A DNA stretch of 56,583 nt, the filler included, from Basidiobolus ranarum (Eukaryota), in NCBI GenBank assembly GCA_040143965.1. It is 6 parts of 6 records of this genome, joined end to end, with 100 filler letters (N's around TTAATTAATTAA, not from the genome) between each part and the next. Parts side by side here need not be neighbours in the genome. Positions count along the whole stretch, not along the records: positions 18,924 to 28,273 come from JASJQH010000838.1; positions 28,374 to 37,720 come from JASJQH010000839.1; positions 37,821 to 47,154 come from JASJQH010000840.1; 3 more parts are not named here. One strand, given 5' to 3'. The notes under the pieces are model-generated. The model made no database searches, was not told the DNA's origin, and saw only the letters and a program-made list of their open reading frames with translations. Position 1 is the first letter of the stretch; the number at the start of each line of letters is the position of its first letter. Below are positions 24,925-38,564 of the stretch, piece after piece. Position numbers and translations under genes: made by a program.

Positions 24925-26200
24925 CTTCATATATCTTCAATGGTAAATATGATGCGACCTTTCTATCAAAACTGTATTGGCATATTTCCAAAATCTTGTA
25001 TTAATAGCTACCACACTTTCTTCAACTTTCTCTACCATTATCTACCTATATGTAACCTCGATTTGAGTTTTTACAACATGGCTTTTGTATTAAGGTTCAC
25101 TTAAACCGTTGAACACCGAATATAAGTTTTGATATCAACAACAATGAAGCTCTAAAACTACAATGATGCCTCAGAACTTCTATTAATTAGCCCCGATGTC
25201 AGATGAAGGTCACTATTCATCCTGTAAATATAGAGATATCAATGTGATGAATTCTACCTATACTTGTAGTTTGCACTGGTGCATCCAAAAGCTTTACTAA
25301 TCAATTGTACAGAGAGATTGCTCGGAAGTTTAGAAATCTATACAACGCAGTCCATTATAATATTATCTAAAAGCAGGTTTCTCGTATGGCTGTTTTAGAG
25401 ATCTCTATTAAGGATCCCACTGTACTACTCCCCCATCATTATTCGCGTCGAATATGACTGCGACTAACTCTTGGTAAGTGCCCCCAGCTTTTCTTATATA
25501 TGTTCACATGACTTCTAAGTCCCCAACAACTCTTTTGAGTACCCATAGATAGTGCCAAGCCAATTGTAGAGAAACGCGGTATGTATACATACAGCCTGTT
25601 TCAATAGACATAAAACTCACATGAACCCTACTGTTGGCTCCAATTCCACCTCACTTTGATGTATCCTCTGAGTGAATATATGTCTCTTAAGTACTATAAG
25701 CTACGAAAAATTACTTTAGGGGCAGCAATGTTGACCTATGATAGACAGCAATGGCATTGCAAGACTTGCTCTTTTCTCTACAGGTTGAATGACTCGTTAC
25801 GACCTAAGGAGGAAAGTACCAGGATTCATACTATAATTTCAAGATGGCGAGATCACTGACCGGATCAAGATTCACACTAATGATATCTAATCCAAATAAA
25901 CTCGATTGATTAACATCACCGAACCAATAGAAGCCGAGAATAGGAATCATGGAGCTTCCATCCGGTTTTCGAATTTTGATCATCCCGAATATATCACATG
26001 ATCCTGGAATTCAAGCGTTTTACCTGACTGTATTGAGGTTGGTAAATAATCATCCACGCCAACAACCACTCACAGCTGACAGAACGTGTCTTGAATGATT
26101 CAGCAATTACTATTAGAAAATACATGCCGATCACATCATCGATTCTATTTACTCGAAATGAAGTAACTGATTTGCTTCTGCAACTTGACATTATTTTCTA

Positions 26201-28036
26201 ATGAAACCTACGAAAGGACGGTACAGACAACGTATACAAGCAATTTGTCGAGGCTCCAATTCTTATTATTCTGAAGACATCCTTATATCAGTATTATTGT
26301 GTTTAGTTGCTGGTAGCAAGCCTTTGCTGCTGAAAACTCGTTCAGAGACCATTCATGGATTATCGGAGATGTTAGAACAGGTAATATACTTCTAAAAAAC
26401 ACGTCCCTTGATACCGATATTAATTCACTTCTTAGATGGTGCAAGATGTCTTTGGACTAAATTGTGCAACCATTAACTGCTCACAAATATCCTCACCTGG
26501 AGAGTTATATTATATACTGATCAATAGAAGTAGAGAGAAGAAATTACGATCTCAAGTAACATCAATCGTTCGAGCCAATTCACCCACTACAAGCCTGAAA
26601 GCACCCTCAGGATTCATGAATACTTCTAGAGCAACTCAATCTTCAAATCCAAATGCCTTTGTAGCAAGAGAACTCTCCAAACCTCTTTCTCCAGCGAATA
26701 GAACAGAAAGAGGCTTTTCTGCCGATGATCGTATACTTGGCGATGATACGAACCGCTCTAATTCGTTCAGACATAGTACGCCTATCGAACGCTTCTCGGA
26801 CTACTCACATATTGACAGATATTCCAGAGATCAGAACATTGTGACCTTTGGTGGTACCCCTGAGGTAACTAGAATTTCATCTTTTTCCCAAATAAGCTGC
26901 TGGTACTACAGTGAAGATTCTTCGTGTGTTTGACTAATACTCACCCAATTATAGAGGAATAATCCAGCAAAACCAGCTACGCTGAGAGAATATCACCAGC
27001 AGCTTTCCAATCAACACAATGACTCTGAACTTATTCCACTACAGCACCTCAATGAACGAAATGAAAACGAGACATTCAGACAACAAAAACATTCGGCATC
27101 TTTACATGTTACCTCTCATGCTTTCAACTTTTCGAAGAAATTAGCAAACGTCATTGTACTCGAGGGACTAGATGACATCAATGACACGATTCAATCAGCA
27201 TTATCTGAGGTACAGCCATGATATCTTTCATTTGAGACCACTTTAATAATCGGCGTTATATTGTGAGGTAGATATTGTCAAAGGGATGGTTTATAGATCG
27301 AAACACCATGTGCCACGTTCCCGAACCCTTCGTGATCATCGCATTAGCTACACCGAATAGCGCAGTCCGCCTATCAAAGCATCTGGTAAGAGACTCGATA
27401 GGTTAATTGAGTGGGTTTTGTCTAATCACATTTTATTACATTCTAGCTTGATAGATTTTACCTTAATTACACATACGATGGGACCATCAGCGCAAAATCT
27501 CCGCCACATAGCAAGCGTGCTTTCATATTTTCTTATCAAGTAAATAGCAACTTTCCTTTCCTTTATCGACACTATTCCACAATTTGGTCCATTTTTTATA
27601 TTGATCTTGCTACTCTAAAAGGAAGTAAAAGATATCTCGCAACGCGCAAAAAACGTCGTCATAAGTCCTGAAATCAACCGTTATTTACGAGATCTGATAG
27701 TCGCAATCCGTCTCAATCGACAATTTAGAACCGGAGCAAGTCCCCGTGCGTCAACTGACCTTTCATCCGCATTAAGGTCAGAAATATGTACATAATGCCA
27801 TAAGAGTGCTTGTAGGGGATTTCCTTAGCTTCATTCACTAAATGGACTTGTATCATTTTAGAGCTACAGCAGCAATTCATGAAAAAACCTATGTCACACC
27901 TGAGCTTGTCCTTGCAGTGGTCAATAATGTTTTTGGACACCGCTTGTTCTCGACTAATAATGCATCCAAGCCGTACACACCATCTGACCATAGCATTATC
28001 TCTGAAACGTTGCCGTTAGTATGGCCCCCTTCGTAA
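26201..28036 (+). CDS. Degenerate MoxR/ChlI-like AAA+ protein (fungal Mtc2-like), multi-exon
   Basis: ISVLLCLVAG..LLL, LANVIVLEGLD, PEPFVIIAL, LDRF, V.ISPEINRYLRDLIVAIR...GASPRA...ATAAI....YVTPELV....VFGHRL match MoxR-type core and lid segments. Walker A and B motifs are non-canonical. Confidence 0.72.
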
Positions 28037-28180
28037 GCTCCTTTGTTCTAAGCCTACGCTATAGATAAAGTTTTTACTACTTTATATGATGTACATTGTT
28101 ATGAACATACCCATAGAAATCAGTTCCTTGTGAAACCCAGTATCTCAAGTAAAGTTTACAATAGTCCCTAGCTTGATATA

Positions 28181-28273
28181 TACCTTGGATATAACATCAG
28201 CCCATCAGGCATCTCCATGGACCCTAAGAAGGTCAAATCTGTTCTGTCTTGGGATATTCCAAAGAATGTGAAG
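28181..28273 (+). mobile_element. Ty3/Gypsy reverse transcriptase fragment at the contig end
   Basis: [31 protein letters not shown] matches the Gypsy RT C-terminal pattern FLG..IS..GI.MDP.KV.AI..W..P. Confidence 0.85.
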
Positions 28274-28373
28274 NNNNNNNNNNNNNNNNNNNNNNNNNNN
28301 NNNNNNNNNNNNNNNNNTTAATTAATTAANNNNNNNNNNNNNNNNNNNNNNNNNNNNNNNNNNNNNNNNNNNN
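28274..28373. other. Artificial contig linker
   Basis: N run + TTAATTAATTAA + N run, 100 bp. Confidence 0.97.
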
Positions 28374-28420
28374 TTTAGCAATTTGTCTTTAACATTAAAA
28401 CAAATTATGTAAAAGGCACT

Positions 28421-28636
28421 TCATTTTCTTTTAACTAGGAGTAAAACTTTGGTTTCAGATAGTTTTGCATTGTTTTCTTCCCCTACAACAGTGTCCCAAA
28501 GTCCTTTTTCTTGCAGCAGCATTTTCATTTTAATTTGCCAAACTTGATAATTGGTTCCATCCAATTTTTTGCAAGAGGGAATAGTTTCATAAATTTGTGA
28601 AGTAGGCATTGCAGGGAGTGCAAGCTTGGGGCTCAT
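28421..28636 (-). mobile_element. Ty1/Copia gag N-terminus (truncated)
   Basis: KLDGTNYQVWQIKMKMLLQEKGLWDTVVGEE is the typical Copia gag N-terminal motif. The ATG lies inside the PBS. Confidence 0.88.
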
Positions 28637-28640
28637 AACC
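28629..28640 (-). promoter_or_regulatory. Primer-binding site complementary to the initiator tRNA-Met anticodon arm
   Basis: GGTTATGAGCCC directly after the LTR end ...TTAACA; complement of GGGCUCAUAACC. Confidence 0.85.
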
Positions 28641-28983
28641 TGTTAAGGTATTTGGTAGCCTGTTGGAAGTGGTTTGGAGAATCAGAGGAATTGGTGGCTT
28701 TCACCTATTGATTTATTAAGTAGAAAGTTGACATTTATAGTTTTGTCAAGATGTAAGCAAACTAACATGTAGAATGTGCTAAGGAAGTTCCCAGGAATAT
28801 GTGTGCAAACTTTGGGGCTTCTAGCACAAGCTTGAAAATTCTATATTTATGAGAACTTCCAAGTTGGTAAAATATTCAAAGTTCCAATTGATAATAATGG
28901 AAAATATCTTGGTGAATTATAAGCCAACTAAGTACTAAGCTATATATGACTATATAAGTGTTTAGGTAATGCTAATTTCATCA
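28641..28983 (-). mobile_element. Copia 5' LTR (about 343 bp)
   Basis: TG...CA ends, abuts the PBS, aligns end to end with the 13664-13982 copy. Confidence 0.8.
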
Positions 28984-29079
28984 TTTTCTTGATTATAATT
29001 CCAGTTTTAGTCTCCACAAGAGTTTAAAAATCACTAATAATAGAGAGAGCTTCTTCTATTCTTTCCACAAGGTAGACCT

Positions 29080-29375
29080 AAGTTATCCTATATTTCACTA
29101 AGATAGTACCCATTATTCTCAATTAGAATTTATCATGAATATCTTCACCTACTTGGAAGTTCTCAGAAATATAGAATTTTCAAGCTTGTGTTAGAGGCCC
29201 CAAACTTTTCACACATGGTCCTGGGACCTCTCCTAATACACTCTTTATGCTTGCTTTCTTACATCTTGACAAAAGTTTAAATGGCAACTTTGAACTCCAT
29301 AAATCAGTCTGTGAAAACCACCAACTTCTCTAATTCTCCAAACCACTTCCAACAGGCACCCAAAATACTTTAACA
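29080..29375 (+). mobile_element. Second LTR of the same family, inverted and 5'-truncated; a third fragment lies at ~29455-29526
   Basis: Reverse-complement match to 28641-28930 (e.g. ttctccaaaccacttccaacaggc). Ends TTAACA with no PBS after it. Confidence 0.8.
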
Positions 29376-30982
29376 GTGACTAGAAGATCTTATTATCCCC
29401 ACTTAACTATTATTTGTCACTACACAAGCTCATATATATAGCTTCCAACTTCTAAGTAAATCCAATTGAGATTGATGGGCAATATCTTAGTGAGATATAG
29501 GATAACTAAATAGTAAGGTATATATAAAAAAACTTCACACCATTGTTTGCGATTCTTGAATGATTCATCAATATCATAAGTAGACTTTTCAATATAAGGA
29601 CTATGTGTAACTTGACTAACTGATATTGTCTAACTTAGATAAGATATAGTTAGGCATTTACTAAGCTCGATAACTAAAATAGTCAGCATCAAGGATCATG
29701 TAGTACAATCGATTTTTTGAGTAAAACCTCCACTTGGTAGTACTTCAGATCACATTCGTTTGTTACTTTCATTTGTTGTTGCTGTGTGTATAACTTATCA
29801 AAATATAATAAGTTTTCGGTAAGTATCGCATAGTTATTCGGGAAATCAATAGTAGATTTACTAAATCTACCTATTGAAATATTCCTATAAGAACCAAATG
29901 GTCTTCAATGTCAATAACTTGTTATCACAATATCTACAACACGCCCAATGTATAAGTATGTATACCTAATAATAGATTCAAAACAGTTCCGAAATTTCTA
30001 TATAGGTTATAGGCTTTATAAACCATGGATAGCCTGATAAAATTCTACCTAGAAATCATCACGGAAGATATTTATAGATCATTATCCAAACAAGCCCTTT
30101 CAACACATTGAATGTAGTGAAGATGTTCCATTTACATAAGAGGCTTTGCTGATTCGGAATGCTGCATTGTATTCAAATACCTAATCTAAATCTGATTGTA
30201 ATCAAATTGATGTTCCGGGATTCATTCGTCTATGTATAGCCTAAAAAGGACTAGTGATGATCCCACTTATTCGAGAGGAATATTCGAAGTCTTATATAAT
30301 ATATTGTTTGGGGATAAGTGCAACAAATGGCAGAAGTAACATGTGCTTATGCATTGATTGGTTCTCTGGTTCATTCAAAGCCCAACTGAAATCATTCACA
30401 ATTCTGGTTATCCACCCCCCCAACGCCTGGCCTGGACCAACCAAACCTTATTACTAAGGTGATCGAGCTTCTCTTCCGCCCATGATCACTAACTTGCTTA
30501 AATCGGTCACAAAATGGATGTATCCTACCCAAAGCACACATTTTAGTGAAGTGCTATTCTGGAAATGGAGTAGAATCCAACCCCGAAATCCCATACCCGG
30601 TATTAGCGTAAGTTCATTCGTAGATGGGATTGGTTCATTCGTAGATGGGATTGAAATACCCATTGGTATAAATATATACTTCATGTGATGGATTTGGGAA
30701 TTTCACCAATTCTAAATGGAAATAGATAGGATAACACCAAGCTAACATACCACTAACACGACCATGAGAGCGAATCCAATGTGGTGATTTCGGGAGAATT
30801 ACGTGATTTTAGGAGAAGTTCGTGTAAATTCGAATCTAGATGCAATTGTATAAGGGGAAAGGCTTTCCCGATGATTGAGTGAAATTTCCTTTATAATCTT
30901 CCTCGAGTTCCACTGAATACTTCAATCTTACTCTCGCTTCTTTACATCGCCATAAAGTACACTGAAATTTATTCATACTAGA

Positions 30983-31597
30983 ATGCCTCCACATTCGAAG
31001 GTGCTCTTAGAAAATGATATCCCCGATTTCTATCCTACGAGCAAGATGAACTTCACCACTCTAGTGGAGTTCCTGGCCACTTGTTCCACCGATACATTGG
31101 AGCATCTCAGTAGATCATTGGAACCCCGTTTAAAGCAGGTACTTCCTCGACTTGAATTTGGACAAAAAGGAGTGGGATTGTCCCAAAGTGATGTACAATC
31201 AGTCAGTATTAATCCCAAGACTCGCTGGGTAACCTTTCAATTAAACCGAGCGGAGCATATCTTCTTAACTCATTGGTACAAACCATTGAACCTGACCAAA
31301 CTACTATTTCCAGCAAATCAAGAATCAACCCCCTTGCATCACCTAGACATCTCCACCACTGGCTTGAACATAAAGGTGGAGAAGGATCAATGGTATCTCA
31401 CTTATTTGGTGGAGAAGGATACCAACTTACCTCAGCTATGTCAGCGGGTCGTCACCCCTCTTAGCTTTCAATGTCATATAGATTTCCTGCTATCCAAGCC
31501 CAGTCCATCAGTGTCCACAGGGTGTGTCCCTCAGTGGTTCAAGTGGAAAAATACCGACAATACGCCATATTTCAGTGTTAAACTTTGTACCGAATAG
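30983..31597 (+). CDS. Hypothetical protein (204 aa, intronless)
   Basis: Long ATG-initiated open frame, AATAAA downstream (~31688). No family recognised. Confidence 0.6.
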   Translation: MPPHSKVLLENDIPDFYPTSKMNFTTLVEFLATCSTDTLEHLSRSLEPRLKQVLPRLEFGQKGVGLSQSDVQSVSINPKTRWVTFQLNRAEHIFLTHWYKPLNLTKLLFPANQESTPLHHLDISTTGLNIKVEKDQWYLTYLVEKDTNLPQLCQRVVTPLSFQCHIDFLLSKPSPSVSTGCVPQWFKWKNTDNTPYFSVKLCTE

Positions 31598-31972
31598 CCA
31601 TTATTTACCCAACATTATTTATCGAACATTCGATACTGTAGATTATGTTAATGTCCTTGCTTCTATGTATTTGTATATGTACGACGAAATAAATCGATCC
31701 TGGAGATCTTTGCTTATCAATTATGTCTAAATCAAGTATATTTGTACATTGGTGTTCGGAATTGAATTAGTTCTCACTTCACTAGTATGAAAAAAATTCC
31801 CCCCTCAGAAAGAAAAAAATTTCTAGTCAGCACGCTACACTCATATTCCATACTAAAGAATATCCTTTAAAGAAAAGTAAATAATCAACGCTTTAAAGGG
31901 AAAGTGTTGTATAAAGTAAACTAAAGTTGGGATATTTCAACCGTTTATTTCCGTGAAAATAAACTTTCAAAT

Positions 31973-33534
<1,562 letters not shown>

Positions 33535-33773
33535 TGAAGTATGAATGTGCATGTGGATGTGCATGTCGATGTTTATACTTTAGAATTTTAATTAAAACCG
33601 AAATGAAATGGAACCTGGCTCTATGTGATTTATGTAGGATAGTAGATGTTCATTCACTATATGAACCAAACATACACCCCACCTAACTGGCCATATTTCA
33701 ATACCCAAGAATTTCCATAATAAATATTCCGGCCAGCCCACTTAGTATATAATAATAGTAGTAGTAATTAATA

Positions 33774-35945
33774 TTAAAGCTCTTCATCATCATCATCACC
33801 ACCAGGCAGACCCCCAGCATAAGCACCGAAATCGAAAGCAGGTGGAACTCCAGCGGTCTCCTCCTCCATCTCCATATCTTCACCCAATTTCGATATGGCC
33901 TTTTGTGCCTTCTTCTTTTGTTGTTTCATTTGTTTCTTGAGATTCTTATTACTCTGTGGATTCAACTCTGCTTCAGCATCAGTGATGAGTTCTTGGATCT
34001 TGATGTTCTTGGAGATTTGTTTAACCTTAATCTAGAAACGGGGTGAGTTCCGGTGATAGGGGTTCATCATTCACATTTTGTACACGTTACCTTGCTGTTG
34101 ATTTGAATTTGTGGTTTAGCTTCCACTCGGTTGTCAACATCCTCCTCCATACTATCGTTGTCATCATCACTAAAAAAATACCACATAAATATGTATTTTA
34201 AAGTCAAGCTTAGGCAAGGGGGATACATACTCCATAAGATCCATGTTGGCTTCTTCTTCGTTAGTAGCCTAGAGAGATCCAAGTTAGAAAGTGAGGAAAT
34301 CTTGTCTGACTGTAGATTAATACTTACCATGACCACTGGTTGAGCGGAGAATTCTACACTTGGCTTAACACTAGCCAAGATGGACTGATCCTCATCCAAC
34401 TCATCCAGACTGAACTCTTTACTCCAGCCTTGAACGATAGCAGCATCGATTTGGGCCCGACGGTTCGAGGGAGGTACGGTATAGAAGGGAATCTTACCGA
34501 TATTCCAATCATTTAAGATGGAACGTGCGGCGGAGGTAACATCTGGAATACCACCTCTCTTCAATTTACCGCGCTGTTGGGCCAGTTGAATTAAGAAATC
34601 ATTGGCATTGGCGAATGGCTCCACATTGTACAAAGTCATCAATTGATCCGAATTGCATTTTTCCACAATAAACTCGACTAGAAAATAAACCATCAGTATT
34701 ACAGGTTACAATGAAGGGGTACATATGTGGGTGATGATGTACCTGGAGTAACTGGATCCTCAAGAAGTTCCACTTTAATACAATTTCGGAGCAATACTTC
34801 ACTAAGTGACTCTCCGTTGTCTCCCTTACTGAATACAATACCTGGACAATCGAGAAGTTTGATGTTTTTGTCGAGATGAATCTCTTGGGCCACTTTGGTG
34901 AAACCAGGGGTGGAACCAACACCACATACTTTGGATCTACGAAGGGAATTGATGACCGATGATTTACCAACATTGGGGAAACCAATTACACCAACTGTAA
35001 TCGAAGTTTTAAGATTCGAGTTTCGGCAATAATTCTTCAACAATTTGACGAGGTTATCGGCACCTAGAAACTAAAGTTAGCTTCTCTTCTCTTTTCTTTT
35101 CAATACCATGCTACCGTGATTTGATTTACCTAAACATTCACTGCTATTGAGTAAATCCTCGGAAGCGGTATCAGCAGAGATGTTGGATTGTCCGAGGTTT
35201 CTTCTTTGACTTTGGGTGGAAGCTTTAAAGGCCACAGTGGGGTATTCATTACGAAGGTATTTTAACCATTGTTCAACTATTTCTCTTGGAACAAGATCAA
35301 TCTTATTCAAAATCAAGATAATCCTTTTGTTGGTACCGCTCTCCATAATGAGTCTTTCTATCTGCTTGGTACGACAACCTATAGGGTCTCTAGCATCTAA
35401 TACTTCAAGAATAACATCAGCAGCCTCCATGACTTTACGAAACTCTTTGTAGTATGCACGTCTAGAGTTATCCTTGGAGCTGAGTGCTGCTTCAGCCACT
35501 TGGGAATATTTCTCTTCAGGTTTATCTCCATGGTCGGCAGTGAATTGAGCATCTCTCTTCTCAGCATTACGTACTAATGAGGATAAACTACGGTTTTGGT
35601 CAGAAACTCTACGACGTGCTTCTTGTTGACGTTCCTTTTGTGCTTCAATATCTTTCTTATGCTTTTCAAGTTGGTTGGTTAAATTCTTCTTGTAAGGACG
35701 AAGGTTGGGAACACCAGGATCTTTCTTTAGTCCTTTAAAGTGAAAAGGTTAATATTTTCTGGAGATTCGTTGAAACTATATCAAATATTCCCTTTCACTT
35801 ACTTGGTTGTGGTGGACCAGCAACTTTTCTACCTTTTCCGTCTATTGTAAGTGGAAGAAAATGAAGCGAATTAGTGGTTGGTTTTTATGGTAAAGTTTAA
35901 GGGGGATTGTTTCAAGGATAAACTAGGCTTACTTTTCTTGACCAT
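33774..35945 (-). CDS. NUG1: Nucleostemin-family circularly permuted GTPase (60S biogenesis)
   Basis: [77 protein letters not shown] at 35945; multiple GT-AG introns. Confidence 0.93.
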
Positions 35946-36256
35946 TACAAGCTTCTATTATTTTGTTGAATGTATGTAAAACCGTTAAGATTATAGAAAG
36001 TTGGTATATATCTATGGTGGCTTGAATTGATTTTTTTTTCTTCAGTTTTTACTTTTCTCGATATCACACTTAAAATTCTATTCATTTAGATTGGTAAGCA
36101 CACTTTTAACCGGGTTTTTTTCAAATTAGATCCTATAAAGTCAATAATATCCATTTGATTTATATATTTCGTTGGACGTTTGACCAATAAATACCAATTT
36201 ATTGAATATTCTCAATATTTAATGCAAATCAATCAATACTAAATTCTCTTGGTTGG

Positions 36257-37720
36257 TCACTTAAATGACCAAATGGTGGTGGATATTTCTGTGGTTGCTT
36301 TGTTGACTGAGAATATATCATTTATCATTCTTTGAATATGTTCCTCATGGAGACATAATTTGGCCAATTCTTTGGCTTCTTCTTCAAAATATTTCACCAC
36401 TATCTCTGTGCGAGTTTCGGTCAAGTCTTCATCTGACTTATGGTCTATCAAACGAGCAATCAATTCTGACAAAGCTGAGATGTCAAGAGTTGGTAACAGC
36501 GAAGTCATAGAAGTCACTTCGATAAGAGGTGCCTTTTGAGCAGGATCTAAGTTTGCAAAAGTAGTTCGGTGAAATTAATCTTACTGAGGGTATTGAATCA
36601 ACTTTACCTTTAACTAGACAAACCCCAAAACCGTTCGCTAATAAACGTCGGTCTTGTATTTTATGTCGATAACCTTCTACAGTTGACTCTAGTTTACTTA
36701 AAAAGTCCAGATTCACTAACCCGCCAATAGAGCTGAAAACCAGGTAAATATAATATATGTATTCGTTAAGCATCTATGAGTGAAACTTACTTGGGTGAAA
36801 TGGGAATAGGGACTTCGAGAGTTGTGAGAGGAAACTCGTAACTCTTCATTAACTTTGAGAAAATATGTGGATACTGAGCCCTGTTTCATGTAATCAATTA
36901 AAGGCATCTTACAAGCTTATAAATTTGAACTAAATACTTGATTGAATCTACAGCTATCAAACTACTCTCATGCTTGATAATCCAGAGGCTGTCTATATTT
37001 CCTATGAATTGAAATGATGACTCGAACATTTTCCTATTTTGATTCCCGAATTCCCATGTATCTCGTATCGTGTGATATCCTTGTTTTGTGGCAGATGTAT
37101 CAAATATTTGAGGAAGTTCATCGAATAAAGAATCAACTAAATCGAGTGCATGATTGCTCTCTAGTTTTTGATCAGAACTGGAGGGTTTAATGATATCATG
37201 AAGTGTCAGTTGACCAGGTTCTAAGAGACTTTCAAACGCATGGAGTTTGCAACGCTTCACAGTAGTTAATTCAGTTGTTGCAATAGGCCTACGCTTTCCA
37301 GTAGAGGATAAATTGACATTTGTGGCTGTTTCTGCGTTTGTCGATTGTTTCTCGCTGTTCGAGTTGAGATAACGACAATGTGCTGATTTGGTTTGGTTGG
37401 AATTAGATGCAGCACTATTTATGAGGGTTTGGCCATGATTTTCGTTAGGTATGGCAGCTAAGTTATTCAAGAATCCTGGTACAGATTTTACCCCTGGATT
37501 GGCTATGAAACTTTGATTTAAGTTTGACTTCAAAGGTGGTAAAGGAGAAGGTGATTTTGGACGGTAGCGTGAAATCAACGGGTTCAACGCCAGTTCCGGT
37601 TTGGGCTGAGGTTTGTCTTTCAACGGGTTAGATGGAGTATCAGAATTATGACACACTGAAATATTGGGCTGTGCATTTGGTACAATATGACCTCCATCTG
37701 GTTTTTCAAGACAAGGTGCT
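36257..37720 (-). CDS. MutL-family protein resembling animal PMS1 (not PMS2), 3' half
   Basis: Spliced C-terminus IFSKLMKSYEFPLTTLEVPIPI...FLSKL...IQDRRLLANGFGV...LIEVTSMTSLLP...LSELI...TRTEIVVKYFEEEAKELAK is colinear with the human PMS1 C-terminal domain as I recall it (LFKRLLENH...LEKPI...DPRLTANGF...RPRKVISYLEGEAVRL). Confidence 0.75.
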
Positions 37721-37820
37721 NNNNNNNNNNNNNNNNNNNNNNNNNNNNNNNNNNNNNNNNNNNNTTAATTAATTAANNNNNNNNNNNNNNNNNNNNNNNN
37801 NNNNNNNNNNNNNNNNNNNN
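37721..37820. other. Artificial contig linker
   Basis: N run + TTAATTAATTAA + N run, 100 bp. Confidence 0.97.
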
Positions 37821-37875
37821 TGACCCATGTCATATATATATAGAATGCACATTTAGACACTTCCCTCTATTCACT

Positions 37876-38564
37876 TCATTTGTTGCTCATAAGGCGTTGT
37901 ACTTTATTCAACAAACTGTACATAGTATGCCAATTAGTAAACACCTCAATAATGATATCTACCATGGAGTAGGATTGACAATAAAATCCGATAGATTATC
38001 TTGATTACAAACGAACTGGGGCCACATTCTCTTATCATCGGCAATCATCAGGCTTATAGTTTGTACAATGGAACAGGTAAATGTTTCTTTCTGAACTGGT
38101 GTTATTTGCATACCTTCTTTGTTCTTTGTAGATGAAAGGAACTCCTTGAAAGTATCCACCCACTTGGTACAAAACGTGTAATTGAATAACTAGGGGTATG
38201 ATCGTTTCAGGTTTGTTTTCTTTAACGTGGTTTTGGTCACCTATGCGTGATTCGGGTTTTACTCCAGAAAATCTGCATCTCTTGCGGAAATACTGCAAAT
38301 TCTCAGTGCTATGCAGGCCATTTAGAACGAGATATTCATCTCATTTTGAATAATGATAACACCAATCAAATCGATCGTTTAGTGGGAATACGTACTTACC
38401 CGTGTTAATGGAAGCGGAGCCACTGTAACTGAAGCGGATATATGATCGACTAATAGAAAGTGAGTGTAAAATATGGGAATCTGAATTTAAAAGTTACCAG
38501 ATATACGATAGCCGCCAAGTGAACCCGGATTAAATAATCCGTGGGCGTAAATATCGGTTTGTCC
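37876..38564 (-). CDS. Possible multi-exon hypothetical gene or pseudogene; 5' structure unresolved
   Basis: The three 3' segments splice in frame (DEYLVLNG...GGYFQGVPFIYKEQR|SLMIADDKRMWPQF...PTP|CLLNKVQRLMSNK*). I could not join the upstream exons cleanly. Confidence 0.35.

Noticed and set aside
28181..28636. Gypsy RT and Copia gag as one chimeric element
   Set aside because: Separated by a linker, on opposite strands, and from different superfamilies.
30612..30653. 21-bp tandem duplication gttcattcgtagatgggattg
   Set aside because: Two copies in intergenic DNA; ordinary slippage.
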